Shown: one piece after another, positions 26,000 to 38,200 of the stretch
How the letters are laid out: each line of letters starts with the position of its first letter
Numbering within the stretch: the stretch's first letter is position 1
Assembly (NCBI RefSeq): GCF_009834535.1
Contig: NC_045697.1
Location: 32,862,001 to 32,926,000 of the forward strand
DNA: 64,000 nucleotides
DNA from: Camelus ferus
Taxonomy: Eukaryota
Direction of reading: 5' to 3'
Made by a program: the position numbers and the translations under genes
Notes under the pieces: model-generated
What the model saw: the letters and a program-made list of their open reading frames with translations, nothing else
Database searches by the model: none
What the model was told of the DNA's origin: nothing

Positions 26000-27735
26000 T
26001 TACAAGTGTCTAGCCTCAGGATAAAGCTGTCTCTCTTTTATCATAGGTATGCATGCCTAACTATTGACAGCCCACTGATGCATAGTGATCATGCCCCCTT
26101 AGGCCATTCTTAACCAATGTGGTGGTGAGGACAGGGGCCAAAGAGTAAATGTTCCCCCAAGTCAATTCATTTTGAGCAATCTTGAGAGTCATTCTCTGCG
26201 GCTCCTCCATAGGCCCAGGGAGGAACTGAGCACCAGATGCCCTCATTAGTGACCTCAGTAATGCACCTGTGCAATGACTTCCCCTCATCCAGTTGCTTTT
26301 GCAAAGGCAGGTTTGAAGTAGTACAGATAACTCAAGCTAACACTGCTGGCCCTGGAAGTAGCCCCGGAAATAGATCCTAGGAATAGGACTCTAGAAATAC
26401 AACACTTGGTGGGCAGACAGAAACAAGGGCCCCATTTCTGGTGCTAAGTGGTGGTGATGCCTGTGCATGGTAGCAACACAATTAACTAAAACTCACACAG
26501 GTGGTGTTGATATGAAATTAGGTGCATTATGGAGGGTAAAGCTTATAACATATTGGCCTATAAAGTAACCAAGGCACTTGGATATTATTTAAAGATGTGT
26601 GAAATTAGCTGGTTTTGGTTAAGGACTTCAAAAGTCTTGGAAAAAGAAAATGAGAGGCCCAGGTCAATTAAGTATTAACTGAAATCACTCAGAAGGCCTT
26701 TGGGGATAACTTCGAAAATAGCCTCTTCTCTTGAAGCTATAGTACAAATTCATGCTGAAAATTAGTCCTGAGATTTCATTCTCTAGCAGAACTGCAAAGG
26801 ATACTTTTATTTTGCAATGTCAACAGATTCCCTATGCAAAAGCTCAGGTCTTGATAAGGAAGGAGTGGAAATCTGAGCTCTGGGATGGGGAAGCTGGTTT
26901 GGATGATTCCCCATATCTTGAAATCACAGTTTCCTTTGAGCAATATTGACACTAAGAAGAACCCTCTCCTTGTTAGATGATTACAATGTCAACTTGTATT
27001 GGAACTCAGGAAAAATATCACCTAAGGCAGATGCTTTGCAAAACAATGCAGGTCCTCTTGTTTTCTCTCCTTATTGCTTTGAGACAGTTAACAAGAGAGG
27101 AAGACTTCAGCCTGTGTTCCAAGAGAAAATAGTAATTACTCTGAAATAATTGCAAGACCTAATATATATGTATATTTAGGCAGGAATTGAAGGAACATGT
27201 ATAGGTGTGGATCATGAAGTTTTTGAGCTAGGGTAGGAGTACAGAATACAAAGCTGGGTGGAGAATTTATTGATATGGAAGCACTCTCCTATGTATTAGA
27301 TATTAAATTCCTGCCAAGTATGTCTGGAACTTCTTTTGATACATGACTAGAATGGATTACTTATCCTAGGATACAAAATTTGCCTTGAGTTAATGAGGTG
27401 AGAATGGTGGAACTGCCTTGGCAGAGTATTGAGGAAGGATTTATAAATTTTATATGTGGTACTGAATATCTCTCCACCTGAAAATGAACCCTAGGAGAAC
27501 CTCTAAGAGAGATCTCAAAGAGAATGGAGGATGTCCTGGTAGGTGGGTCTGCTGACATTGTCGATGATTTTGTCCTGGGCCAACCGCTATAGGCTAGGAT
27601 CAAGGGTAGGAAGAGCATCATTAGACTGGGCTCCGTATCTTCCCTGGGGAATGCAGGATTTTGGAATGGCTGAGGCTTGCTGGCAACTAATCATCAGGGG
27701 TAATATAGATATTATTCTTCTAATGGTCATAAGTA
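26000..27735 (+). mobile_element. ERVL remnant: LTR16-like LTR (to about 26340) plus decayed gag-region internal sequence (ERV3-16A3-like)
   Basis: LTR16-type gaactgagcaccagatgccc..taatgcacc. Internal start ggccccatttctggtgctaagtgg..gcatggtagcaacacaattaactaaaactcacacaggtggtg. Homologous to 35890-37400. Confidence 0.75.
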
Positions 27736-28089
27736 GTAAATGTAAGATAATGAACAGGGAAAGGATACTCCATTTATAAATAACAACTGTGTCTATGAAA
27801 TGAGGAGGATGGGAAGTAGCTATATCTGTAAATTTTTAAATTCTGTTTTAAAAGATCAGATGTAAAAATTTTGAATTGGTGTTATGTGTTTAATTACAAT
27901 GACAGATGCCCAGGTTTAATCTGTGCAACTGACTGTACTTTATGTATGTTTAGAATGTCCTTATTAGATCATTTTAATAAAATATTTGCATTGGTCAGGC
28001 TAGGCTGGAATATTCTTCAGTAAAATGCAGCCTAAATATCTTAGAGACTCATTATGGGTCAAAAAGGGGCTGTGTTGAAATATTTCTTT

Positions 28090-28330
28090 ATGTATCCATT
28101 TTCACTGAGGCTGTATTTTGACACATGTGTTCATAATCTCAGAGGCAGAGGAAAGAGAATAAAGTGTGTCATGATCTTGCTTTATAAACTTCTACCCAAA
28201 AGTGACCCTTTGTGACCTCTGCTTACATTTAATTGCCCAAAGCATGTCACATAACAGCCTTTGAGTTCAACAGGGTGAAAATATAAAATTCTATCACCAA
28301 AGGAAACAGTGACTATCAAAGTGTTGTGTA
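28090..28330 (-). mobile_element. Old MaLR LTR fragment (MLT1J/K/L-like)
   Basis: aacttctacccaaaagtgac..cctctgcttacatttaattgcccaaagcatgtcacat. Confidence 0.5.
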
Positions 28331-28626
28331 TAGTCATGAAATATATATATATATATGTAGATATGTAGATATATAGCTATATTTTACTTTCAGAGTTAGG
28401 CTAAAGTGAAAAAACAAAAGCAAAACAAAATGAAACAAAACAAAAAACCTGAAATGACAGTACTTTCGATTTGTAAATAGCAGATATCAGTGAACAAAAC
28501 TCAACAAGAGTTTGGAGGACTGGCAGAGGGCTAAGTAATCACATAGCAGTATGATAAGACATAAGTAAGGTGCTGAGAGGACAAGTTTGTGTGAGGATTA
28601 GATAAAGGGCGAAGGCTCCGAAACTA

Positions 28627-28816
28627 CAGGTCTTCAGTCATTTTCAAATTTGAAAGTGCTCTAAACACCTCTTGGCATGAATATTTATATATTTCGTTGT
28701 GTAAATACCAAGGTGCTGGATTAAAGGGTATTTTTTTTTTATTATTATCCACCAAATTCTGAATTCCAAAACATATTTTTTCCTCCAAAAGTTTTAGATA
28801 AGGTAGTGTAAACCTG
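28627..28816. mobile_element. TcMar-Tigger-like MITE remnant
   Basis: Termini ta-caggtc.. and ..aacctg-ca. Internal aaattctgaattccaaaacat..gttttagataagg. Confidence 0.5.
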
Positions 28817-29514
28817 CACTATCAATGGGTTTCAGAACAACCTCAATGTTTAATAAAATTAAATGTCATACTAAGATCTAAGTTTCTGCATTTTATTCAC
28901 AGATCTATAAACCTACAACATTCTTTGCCTCTCTTAATTCACCTGACATAACCTTTCAGAATTCAGTTTTCAATTAGGAATTGATTCTATATTGCAGAAA
29001 ATACCCTAAAATACTTAGCCTCTGCATAATACTGATGAACTGTTTTTATTGTGGATAGTCTGATGGTGGAGAGCGTGTAACCAAAACTTCAGTTGACTAG
29101 CTTCATAGTGACCAGGGCCGATAGATTTGTTTTCATGTTCAGACTTGTGGGGTGTCAGCTCTTATCCATGTAAGGGTTTAATGGTCTTTTAAAGCCTTGG
29201 CTCCCTACCGTTTAGTTGCAGTGGCAAAAGAGCTGTGGGAAATATCCAGCATGACAAAGCTCAACAGGCTGTGAAGGAAAAAAAGACAAATGTTTTTGAA
29301 ATGGGAACCAACCAAGGAGAAAGACTTCATCTGCAATGACTTAGATATTTTAGGCCCACTGTACAAGTTTCCCAAAGGAGACATCTTCTCAGTACCAGGT
29401 GTTTATTAGTAAACTCTCTAACATGTTAGTTCAGTTAACAAAAATGTTTCCTAGCCTGATCTAGAGCTAGACTCTGAGGCAGTATTCTTGGAGAGTTAAT
29501 TTAAGTAAAGCAAA

Positions 29515-29997
29515 CTGGGTTAGATTGTTATTGTTAATGTAACAAATTACCATACACTTAATGGCTTAAACAATAACACATTTATTATCTGACAGTTGTA
29601 GATGTCTGAAGTCCAAAATTAGTCTCAGTGGACTAAAGTCAGGGTATTGGAATGACTGGTTATAGCTGGAGGCTCTAAATTGTTTCCTGGTCCTTTTTAA
29701 CTTCTAGAGGTTGTTCTAGAAGCCTCTAGATGCCAACCTCTAAATACACTTAGAGGCCATGTTTCTTGGCTTGTGGACCCTTCCTTGCATCACTCTTATC
29801 TCTTGCTTCAACATTCGGTGTCCTACTACCACTCTGATTTCCTGTTTCTCTTGTATAAGGGCCCTAATGATTATACCAAGCCCACTGCAGATAATAGAGG
29901 ATAATCTCCCCTTTGCAAGATCTTTAAATTAATTATGTTACAGATTCCAAGGTTTAGGACTTGGATATATTTGAGGAGTTATTTTTGGCCTACCACC
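29515..29997 (-). mobile_element. MaLR solo LTR (MLT1D/E-like)
   Basis: gtaacaaattaccatacacttaatggcttaaacaa..ggactaaagtcagggt..ggataatctcccc..ggcctaccac. Confidence 0.8.
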
Positions 29998-30079
29998 CAA
30001 AACAATACTGAATGCCATATCAGCATACTTTTAAAAAAATCTGTTAATTTAAATATTTCTTTTTACCTTCTTCTCAGAT

Positions 30080-30290
30080 AGAGTTGAGTTTAAATGCAAG
30101 TTTTCCCACTTACCAGCCATGTGACTAAGGAAAATATAATTGATGCATCTGAATTTCCAAGTCATCATCTAACAATTGGTTATGATTATAGAATCATGGG
30201 TTGAATCAAAAATTTAAAAAGATAATGTCCTTAGTATTTTGCATGTTTTCAATGATGTTCTCTGATATTATTATTGTTATATAAAACATG
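30080..30290 (+). mobile_element. MIR SINE
   Basis: gagtttaaat..cccacttaccagccatgtgact core. Confidence 0.55.
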
Positions 30291-30719
30291 GCAGAAACAT
30301 AGTGATATCCCTAGGGAGTGAACTTTCACAGGTTGAGAACATAGCTTTCCAAAAGATTTTAGTAAGGAATATTTTATATTTTATATGCACTGAACTTTGT
30401 ATGTGACAGACAATTCCAGGAGCCACTGGGAAATTCCAGTTTGGGGGAAAATAATTTCTTATTTGTCATTAGTATAGCAGCCCCTCATTCTGAGTTCCTA
30501 ATTAGGAACAGTTAATCAGAACAATGAATTAGAAATTAATTTAGAGATTTCACATTTATATATGGACATTCTAGAGTCCATTTTTTTTAAATGAAGGGAT
30601 CAACAGTGAGACAACAGAAGAGGAAATATATGCTTTATGGACAAATCCTCAAACGTCTTTTCTAATTGTATCTGATCATGAATGGCTTTGGGGTTTTCTA
30701 CTTATTGTTTGTAATGTTG

Positions 30720-32190
30720 AAAAAGGAGGCACTCAAAACATTTCCATATCAAAATTCCAGTTGTAATTGTTAAATAGCTTGATATATGATTATCAAATTT
30801 ATGTGGTAGAACAAAGGACTAAGAAAGGCAAGAAACTTCTAGGAAAGAAAAATAATGTAATGATCTTTCCTTAGCAGCCATCAAGACTTATTCTAAAATT
30901 ACTGTAATTTAAATTGTGATGGTTGCATGGAAATAGCAACAAATTAACCCATGGCACAGAATGGAGAACCAGAAACAGTTTCATTTCTATGTGAAAATTG
31001 TTTTAAAACAGAAGTGGCATTGCAGATAACATGAAGAAAGAAAGGGAGGGAGGGAGTGAGGGAGGAGGGAGGAAGGAAGGAAGGAAGGAAGGAAGGAAGG
31101 AAGGAAGGAAGGAAGGAAGAAAGGAAGGAAAAGTTCTGGAACAGCTAGGTTATCCGGGGTACACAGAATTAGATTCTTACCACACACTTACAGAACAATC
31201 AATTTAAAATTAAATATTTAACTGTGAAATGTAAACTGTAAAAATATTTAGACAACTTAGAGAATTATAGTTTTATGGTCTACAGATATGAAAGAATTTA
31301 TTAAGCAAGACCCAAGAAGCAATCACCATCAAAGGAAAGACTGATAAATGTCATTTATCAATGAAGAATTTAAAGATACTTAGGTTTGTCAAAAGATACT
31401 ATAAAATAGTTGACATACAAGCTACAAATTAGGAAATTATTTCAATGCATATAGTCAAAATTGTACTGAACTAAAAATACACAAAAATTCACAAGTATAT
31501 ATAAAATTACCAAACCAACAGAAAAAATAAAGACATGAACAGGCATTTCTCACAAATAAAATTTTAATGACTAATCACAGGAAAACATGTCCCACTTCAT
31601 TAGTAATCAGAAATATGCAATGAAGACTTCACTTAGTGATACTTTACTACTCTTATTTACATGAAAAAGGCTTATAGTACAAAGTGTTGACAAGAATATG
31701 GAACCTAAAGAACTCAGATAAATTTCTGGTGGAACTATTAATTTGTACAATCATTTTGAAATACAACTTAAAATGATATAGTAAAGTTGAAAGTATAAAT
31801 ATGTTATGACCTAACAGTTTCATTCCCAGTTGTATATATTACTACAACTCTTGAAAAATGTGCATTCAGAGAAATGCACATAATTCCTCATAGCATACCA
31901 GTAAAAAAAACTTGAAACAGACTAAGTGCCTTTTTACTGTATAATAGACAAATAAATTATGGTAAACTCACAAAATGGAATGCTGCAATCTGAGAATGAA
32001 TAAACTACTGCTACATTGGGCAACACAGATAAATCTTACAAATATATAAACAAACAAAAATAAGGGTGGGTAAAGATTATTGTTTCTGCAGAGATCAAAA
32101 CCAAGCAAAACTAACCATCATATTGTTAGACATTCTTAAATATAAGCTAAGCTATTTTCAAAATACAGAAATAATAAAAATTAAAGGTGT
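30720..32190 (+). mobile_element. Old L1M ORF2 3' half and 3' UTR
   Basis: atcaagacttattctaaaattactgtaatt, aaagacatgaacaggcatttc, cttcattagtaatcagaaatatgcaa, gaatgaataaactactgctaca. Confidence 0.75.
31033..31131. repeat. (GGAA)n / (GGGA)n polypurine microsatellite inside the L1
   Basis: Directly visible, roughly 12 uninterrupted GGAA units. Confidence 0.95.
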
Positions 32191-32299
32191 GAGGGCGGTG
32201 TTGTAAGATGTCAGAAGAGTATTGTCAGAGAGCAGCAGAGCATTTTCTTCAATGAAATGAGCAATTTGGGCAGAAGTTGCACAAGTATGGAAACTTGTG

Positions 32300-32447
32300 T
32301 TGCCCATAGCCACTACCTGCACCCAGATATTTAAACAGCCACATTTAAATGTTTATAAGCTACATGTATCTAGTGGTCATTATATTGAACAGATCTGATT
32401 ACAGAACATTGTCATCATTGCAGGAAGTTGTATTAGACAACAATGTT
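32300..32447 (-). mobile_element. hAT-Charlie MITE (MER3-like)
   Basis: agctacatgtatctagtgg..agaacattgtcatcattgcaggaagttgtattagaca. Confidence 0.6.
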
Positions 32448-32879
32448 TGCTGTAACTTACATGTCCATTAAATATATTTTTCTATATCCAGTATTGCACA
32501 AATCTTTTAAATATACTATCTTTTAGCTTAATAATTCATTTATTTGAATGTACTATGAAAAAATACTCTGAAATACAGATAAGTGTTTTTTGCACAAACA
32601 TGATAATTGCAGTATTATTTAATTTTGAGAAAAGAAAAAAAGACCTAAGTATCTAACCAAAGACAATTTTGATTCCTTAAAAATCATTACTTGTAATAAA
32701 TAAAAAGCTTTTTGAATGACTTGATAAAAGTTTTGAAATAAATGCTAAGTTAAAAGTAAGGATACAGCTATGTAAAAGATAAAACACATTGGGAGAAAAA
32801 ACAACAAAAATTATACAAATAATAGCATGAAAACAAACATCATAAACCTTGTTCCAATTGCTTTACAGAAATTAAATCC

Positions 32880-33030
32880 TATATTCCTCACATGAACCCA
32901 ATTTCATAGTTACTATTTATTCCCTTTTTCAGGTAAAGAAGGGAAGCAGATCAGTTATATAACTTGCCTAAAGTCACAAGCTAACGTGTTAGAGATGGGG
33001 TGCAAATTAAGGCATTTTGGCTAGCAACTT
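32880..33030 (-). mobile_element. MIR SINE
   Basis: taacttgcctaaagtcacaagcta core. Confidence 0.6.
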
Positions 33031-33091
33031 CAAGAGGTTAAAACTGATACTAAGATTTATTGTGATTTTACTTTACTTTCTACTTTGCCAT

Positions 33092-33117
33092 TGTGTGTGT
33101 GTGTGTGCATGTGCGTG
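33092..33117. repeat. (TG)n microsatellite
   Basis: Directly visible. Confidence 0.9.
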
Positions 33118-33884
33118 TAGTTTATGTAATCAACACAAATAATTCAGAAGTCTAGTAAGACTACAGAATAGTTGTAGTGTAGCAACTAAAGTGGAGACAA
33201 TGGCCATATTAGAGGGACGATAAAGCACTGAGAATCCTGATGTAGAACTCAAGGCAATAAAACAATGTCACACAAACCCGGAGCCTGTGAGGGCAGCCTA
33301 GCAGGGAGGTTAATGATGGGAGATCGGTTTCGGCCTATCAGGCAAGCAATCCAAGCTGATAGAAAGACAAGGCACATTTTAAAGATACAGACATCGTTAA
33401 GTTATGAATCAGTGGCTGAAATGACAAATTTCATATATGATACATACGGAACCTTTGTTATGTCTTTGTACAAACAAGTGTACATAACAGAATAATTGCA
33501 ACAGCAACAAAAATGACAATAAGAATTCTTTTAAGTGAAATAAGAATGTTGGAGTAAAGTAGCCATGATTTGTCACTGGAGATATTTCTCTTACTCTTCC
33601 AATTGCTGCTGTTTAACTGAAATATTACAGAATTCTGTTCTTACTAAAGAAGAAAAGTGTATGTTAGAGAACTAGGAATTATAATTTCAAACCTAAACAA
33701 AATAATTTAATAATTACCTGTAATGTATAATTCACATACATTTATTATTTTTTTGTTTCCCTTTTTAAAATTTTTTGTGAGTGCATATACATTTTCAAAT
33801 GCTGCTTTTTACCTTCTAGTTCAAGAACCTGTGTTTTATCCTTTCTACACGGTTACAGTTAGTCACTCTGTATTCTTTTTTCTC

Positions 33885-35545
33885 TTTGAATTTTTATGGA
33901 AACAATATACTACTGAAAAGTGCAAAAATCATGTCAGCATAATTACAGTTCATAAATGGTGCATGCTATGTGACTACAAACCTGAGCAAAAAAAAAAAAA
34001 AAATCAGCATGTAAGGGACTCTCTCTCAGATACTACTCACCCTTCACTTACAGGTACTATCATAATATTCATCATATATATATTTTAAATTTATATGAAT
34101 AGAATCATGTAGTATATACGTTTTTGTGTCTGACTAATTTTGTTTAATATACTGCTTGTTAACAATCAGTCATATTCTTGCTTATAACATCAGTTCATTT
34201 ATTCTAATTTCTTTATAGACTTATATAGTGTGAATACACGACCATTTATCTATTCTAGCTTTGATGGTTATTTGGGTAGTATCCAATTTTTTACTATTAC
34301 AAGGAACACTGTTATGAAAATTTATGAACATGATTCTGGAGACCAGATGTATGCATTTTGTTGAATATAATCTTGGAGTAGAATTCCATATTCATAGGAT
34401 ATGCATATGTTTAGCTTCAATAGATACTGACAGATACAGGTATCCAAAGGAATAATAATGGTTTAAATTCCCACCAGTAGTGAATGATAGTTGCAAATTG
34501 TCCACATTTTGCCAACTTGTGGTATTGCTTTGTGTTTTATTTTGCATTTTCCTAAACCCAATAAAGTTGAACACTTTTCAATATATTTATCATTCATTTG
34601 GATATTCTTGTTTAAAGAAATGCCTAATTAAGAGTTTTTCTTTTGCTTTTTCAATTAGATTTTTCAGTCTCTTTGATATTCTTTAGTAGCTATTTTATTT
34701 ATGTGTTGGATATGTGTTCTTCATCAGCTGTATTAATACAAACATCTTCTACTTTGTATCTTGTTTTTTCACTGTCCTTGTGTTATCCTTTGATAAATAT
34801 AAGTTCTTACTATAACTATAGTCTAATTTTAAAAAGAAATCTTGTCTTCTTCATGGTCAATAATTTGCCCTCATGAGTTTCTTCTAAAATTTTCCTGTTC
34901 CTCTATTCAAATTTAGATTTGAAATTCATCTGGAAGAAATTTTCTCTTATAATACAAGTCTTATTGATCACAAATACTCTTGGCTTTTATTCATTTGAAA
35001 ATGTCTTTGTTTCACTTTCATTGTAAAAGACCATCTTTACTGGCTATAAACTTCTAGGTTTGCAGTTATATTCTCTCAACAATTTTATAATGCATTCCAT
35101 GCTTTATGGCTTTCATAGTTTTTGGTGAAAAAAAATCATCCCTTACTCTTCTTATTTCTGCTCCCAGAATATATTGTCTTTTTCTCTGGCTACTTTTAAG
35201 ATTTTCACTTTGCCCTTATTCTTCAGTAGTTCACCTAGAATATACCCAGATATGGTTTTCTTTGTATTAATTATGCATAAGCTTTGCTGAGCTTCCTAAA
35301 TTTGTGATTTGGCGTCTTTTTTATGTTTTGAAAATTCTCAGACATTACAAGTTCAAATATTGCTTTTACCCCAATCTCTCCTTTGCTTCTGTAACTCTGG
35401 TTACCTGTTATATTGTCAGTGTGCCCTAATTTCTTCTTATGCACCCATTTTGTTTTTCTTTCTTATCTATTTCTGTGCTTCAATTTAGTATTTCCTATTA
35501 ATGTGATTTCCAAGGTACTAAATCTGTATTTTATTGTGACTAATC
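33885..35545 (-). mobile_element. Old L1M: 3' end and ORF2 C-terminal region, then an ORF1-region piece
   Basis: atatgaatagaatcatgtagtatatac, tcccaccagtagtgaatga, gaaaatgtctttgtttcactttca, ttttaagattttcactttg. Confidence 0.75.
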
Positions 35546-35547
35546 TG

Positions 35548-37560
35548 TGTAATGGACACAAAAATACCAACTTATCCTTCAAGCAATGACTTGTTGCCCC
35601 ATATGTCAACAGACAGCTTACTATCAGTGCCCTTAGGCTTGACTCAGCTGCAAAGCTCTGCCATGCCCAAGAGAACACTCCTCTTGGGGAAGCATACAAT
35701 CAGTGTCTGATGCGGGAGGTATAATGGCCCAGGCCATGTTTTTCTGGCCTGCATGGGCAAGTTGCTTTCTCACCATTCACAATCCTGCTTCTCCCCCTCC
35801 ATTTTACATGTGTGGATACCTAATAAATATTTGGTGTGCAAATGACCATCTCAGCATCTCCTTCTTGAGAAATCAATCTATGACCAGTGATACTGGGAGT
35901 GTTCAGAGAAAGCAGGTTATTAAGATGGTTTGGAGATGGATTACTTGCTGTTCAACCTGGCAATGAGGATTCCATTGATAGTAGTAGATGGAACATGGGA
36001 AGCCCCTGGAATAATAAAGCAGTCCCATTGTTAAAAACCACTGGTGGTGAATCAGGATGGCATACTCAGTAGTAGAGAATACATTAGTTGTTGTTACTTA
36101 CTGGGAGTTTGAAAAATACACGGTGAATAATAATTATACAGATGGTGATTTTAGATGGATATTTCTAAACATTAATACTCTGGAAAAGATAATAAAATGG
36201 TAAGGAAACTAATAGATTATTGAGAGCTGAGTGTAAAAGCCAGAGGAACTTTCTAGCAAGTTGAAAAGAGGCTCTCATTTCTTACAATGGAGGAGGAAGA
36301 ACTGAAGACTTATCCCAGGACTTAATAGAGTGATGGGATATGATAGAAGGTTAAACAAGATGGTCTCTCTCTATGGATCAAGGCTCAGTTTTGGAAGGAA
36401 AAAAAGTGAGGCAGGTGGGATGGGACATCTGGTAAATTTTATTGAATATTGTAATTCTCCCAGATCTCTTTTAATTTGATCCTGCTGAAGTGGCCCACTT
36501 CTTCCTATTAGGAGCGAGCACTGCCAGTTTTCTTGAAGACAGTGCAGAGGCCTCTCACCTGCACGATAACTTGTGCTTTTCTCAGGATATGTCCATCACT
36601 CCCCTTCCAGAAACTAACCTAACCTATAAATAGGGTTAATTCACAGCATAACTCAGCCAAGCTCATGCTGAACTTAATAAGAGGGGAAAAGAGATTACAC
36701 CTCAAATGAGCTGAGGATTCGACCAGAATATGTTCTAGGGAACTGGGAAGGTCCTTAGTGTGTGAATAGATTCCAAAGGTTCCTGAACAAAGGAATAGAA
36801 CCTAAGTTTGGATAAGGAAGAATTTATTGGTTTGGAAACACTTAATTGAGATATGTTTTAACACCATGGTAAGGACCTCAGAAGATGGTCCAAACCAGCT
36901 ACTGAAATGGCTGGATCATAGAACCTAAAAAGAGAGATGACTCTGTTGAGCAAAAATGAAATGCCAGCACTGCTGTGGCAGACAGTGGACAAAGAGGTCA
37001 AAGGCTCTGGGAAGTAGGCACACTGGAGTATACATACAATATAGGCCAAAACACCCGATAGATTGTGTTCCTTACTGGATTAGTAAGGCTCAGAGGTTAC
37101 ACTTTACCAAGGCCATAAAGAATGTGCTGGTGAGAGGAGTATCAACATTTACTAAAACACTCAGTGATGAGTGACTGTTTTGAGGTCAGAGCTGAAGGAA
37201 AGATAAGCTGTTACATGACTAGGGTTACCGTCAGTAAGAGTAGTGACAGAGATGATAGGACCCTGAAAAACAGAGAACAGGTGGTGGCACCCAACTGCCG
37301 AGAACCAATATTCATGACTTACAGGATCAGATGGCATCTGAGGGAAACTGACCCACAGAGATGGTTAATACAAGGTAGTATCACAAAGGCCAGCCAATAA
37401 GGGTAGTGCTCAGCTTCTACCATCCAAGAATATCAAGGATAAAGGACTAAGGGCAGTTGTCCCCAGTTAGAAAGTCATATCCCTTGCCCATGTCCAGATC
37501 TGAGTCAGTTTTCAGTCTGGAAAATCCATGTGCTAAAGAAACTGGGATTTCCAGTAAGCA
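35548..37560 (+). mobile_element. ERVL remnant: LTR16A-like LTR (35548 to about 35886) plus decayed gag-region internal sequence
   Basis: gatgcgggaggtataatggccc (TATA region), ctaataaa polyA signal, end catctcagcatctccttc..tgacca, then gag-start-like aagatggtttggagatggattact..ggcaatgaggattccattg. Confidence 0.8.
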
Positions 37561-37574
37561 TAGTGGACAACTTT

Positions 37575-37670
37575 TTACATGACTGTATGCAATGATCAAA
37601 ATTCATAGATCACTGTGCCTGAAATCAGTGCATTGTATTGTGTATAAATTATATCACAATGCAACTTAAG
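37575..37670 (+). mobile_element. Old L1M 3' terminus
   Basis: tacatgactgtatgc..tcaaaattcataga..tattgtgtataaattatatcacaat. Confidence 0.5.
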
Positions 37671-37719
37671 AACACAGAAAATAATTCAAAGTATGCCCTA
37701 CCCTCCTCCCACCATTCTT

Positions 37720-38200
37720 TTTAAACTCCTCCAGGGCTACACATTACTTTTAATGTATTCAACTGCTTTCTCTAGACTCTGCTTTACTCTTTTAGCCAAT
37801 CTTGTGCCATTCTTCCCCTTGTGCTTTGGGTTACTGTCACTTTGGCTCTTCAAATAGCCTGACCTTCATTATAGGGTTTATGTACTTGCTAATTAACTAC
37901 CACACATCTATAACATATCAATTTAATCATTGCAAATTTTGAAGTAACATTTTCTAAATTCTAAAATTTAAGTAAGTTTCTTTATTACTAGGTTTCAGTG
38001 AATCATTCATCTTTGATGCAGAGCATTTACCTCAGTATATACTTAAATATTCATAAGTACAATTATAGGATTGATACTTTTCTCCCCACAGTAATCCATC
38101 AAATTACTTAGAGCAGGGGTTCCATTTGCATTTCTACACCATTTGATCTCAAAGACTTAGCACAAAGTCTGGAATGTACCATCTGTTGAATAAATACATT
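37720..38200 (+). mobile_element. LINE-2 3' end
   Basis: gcagagcatttacctcag, gagcagggg, cttagcacaaagtctggaatg, tctgttgaataaat. Confidence 0.55.
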
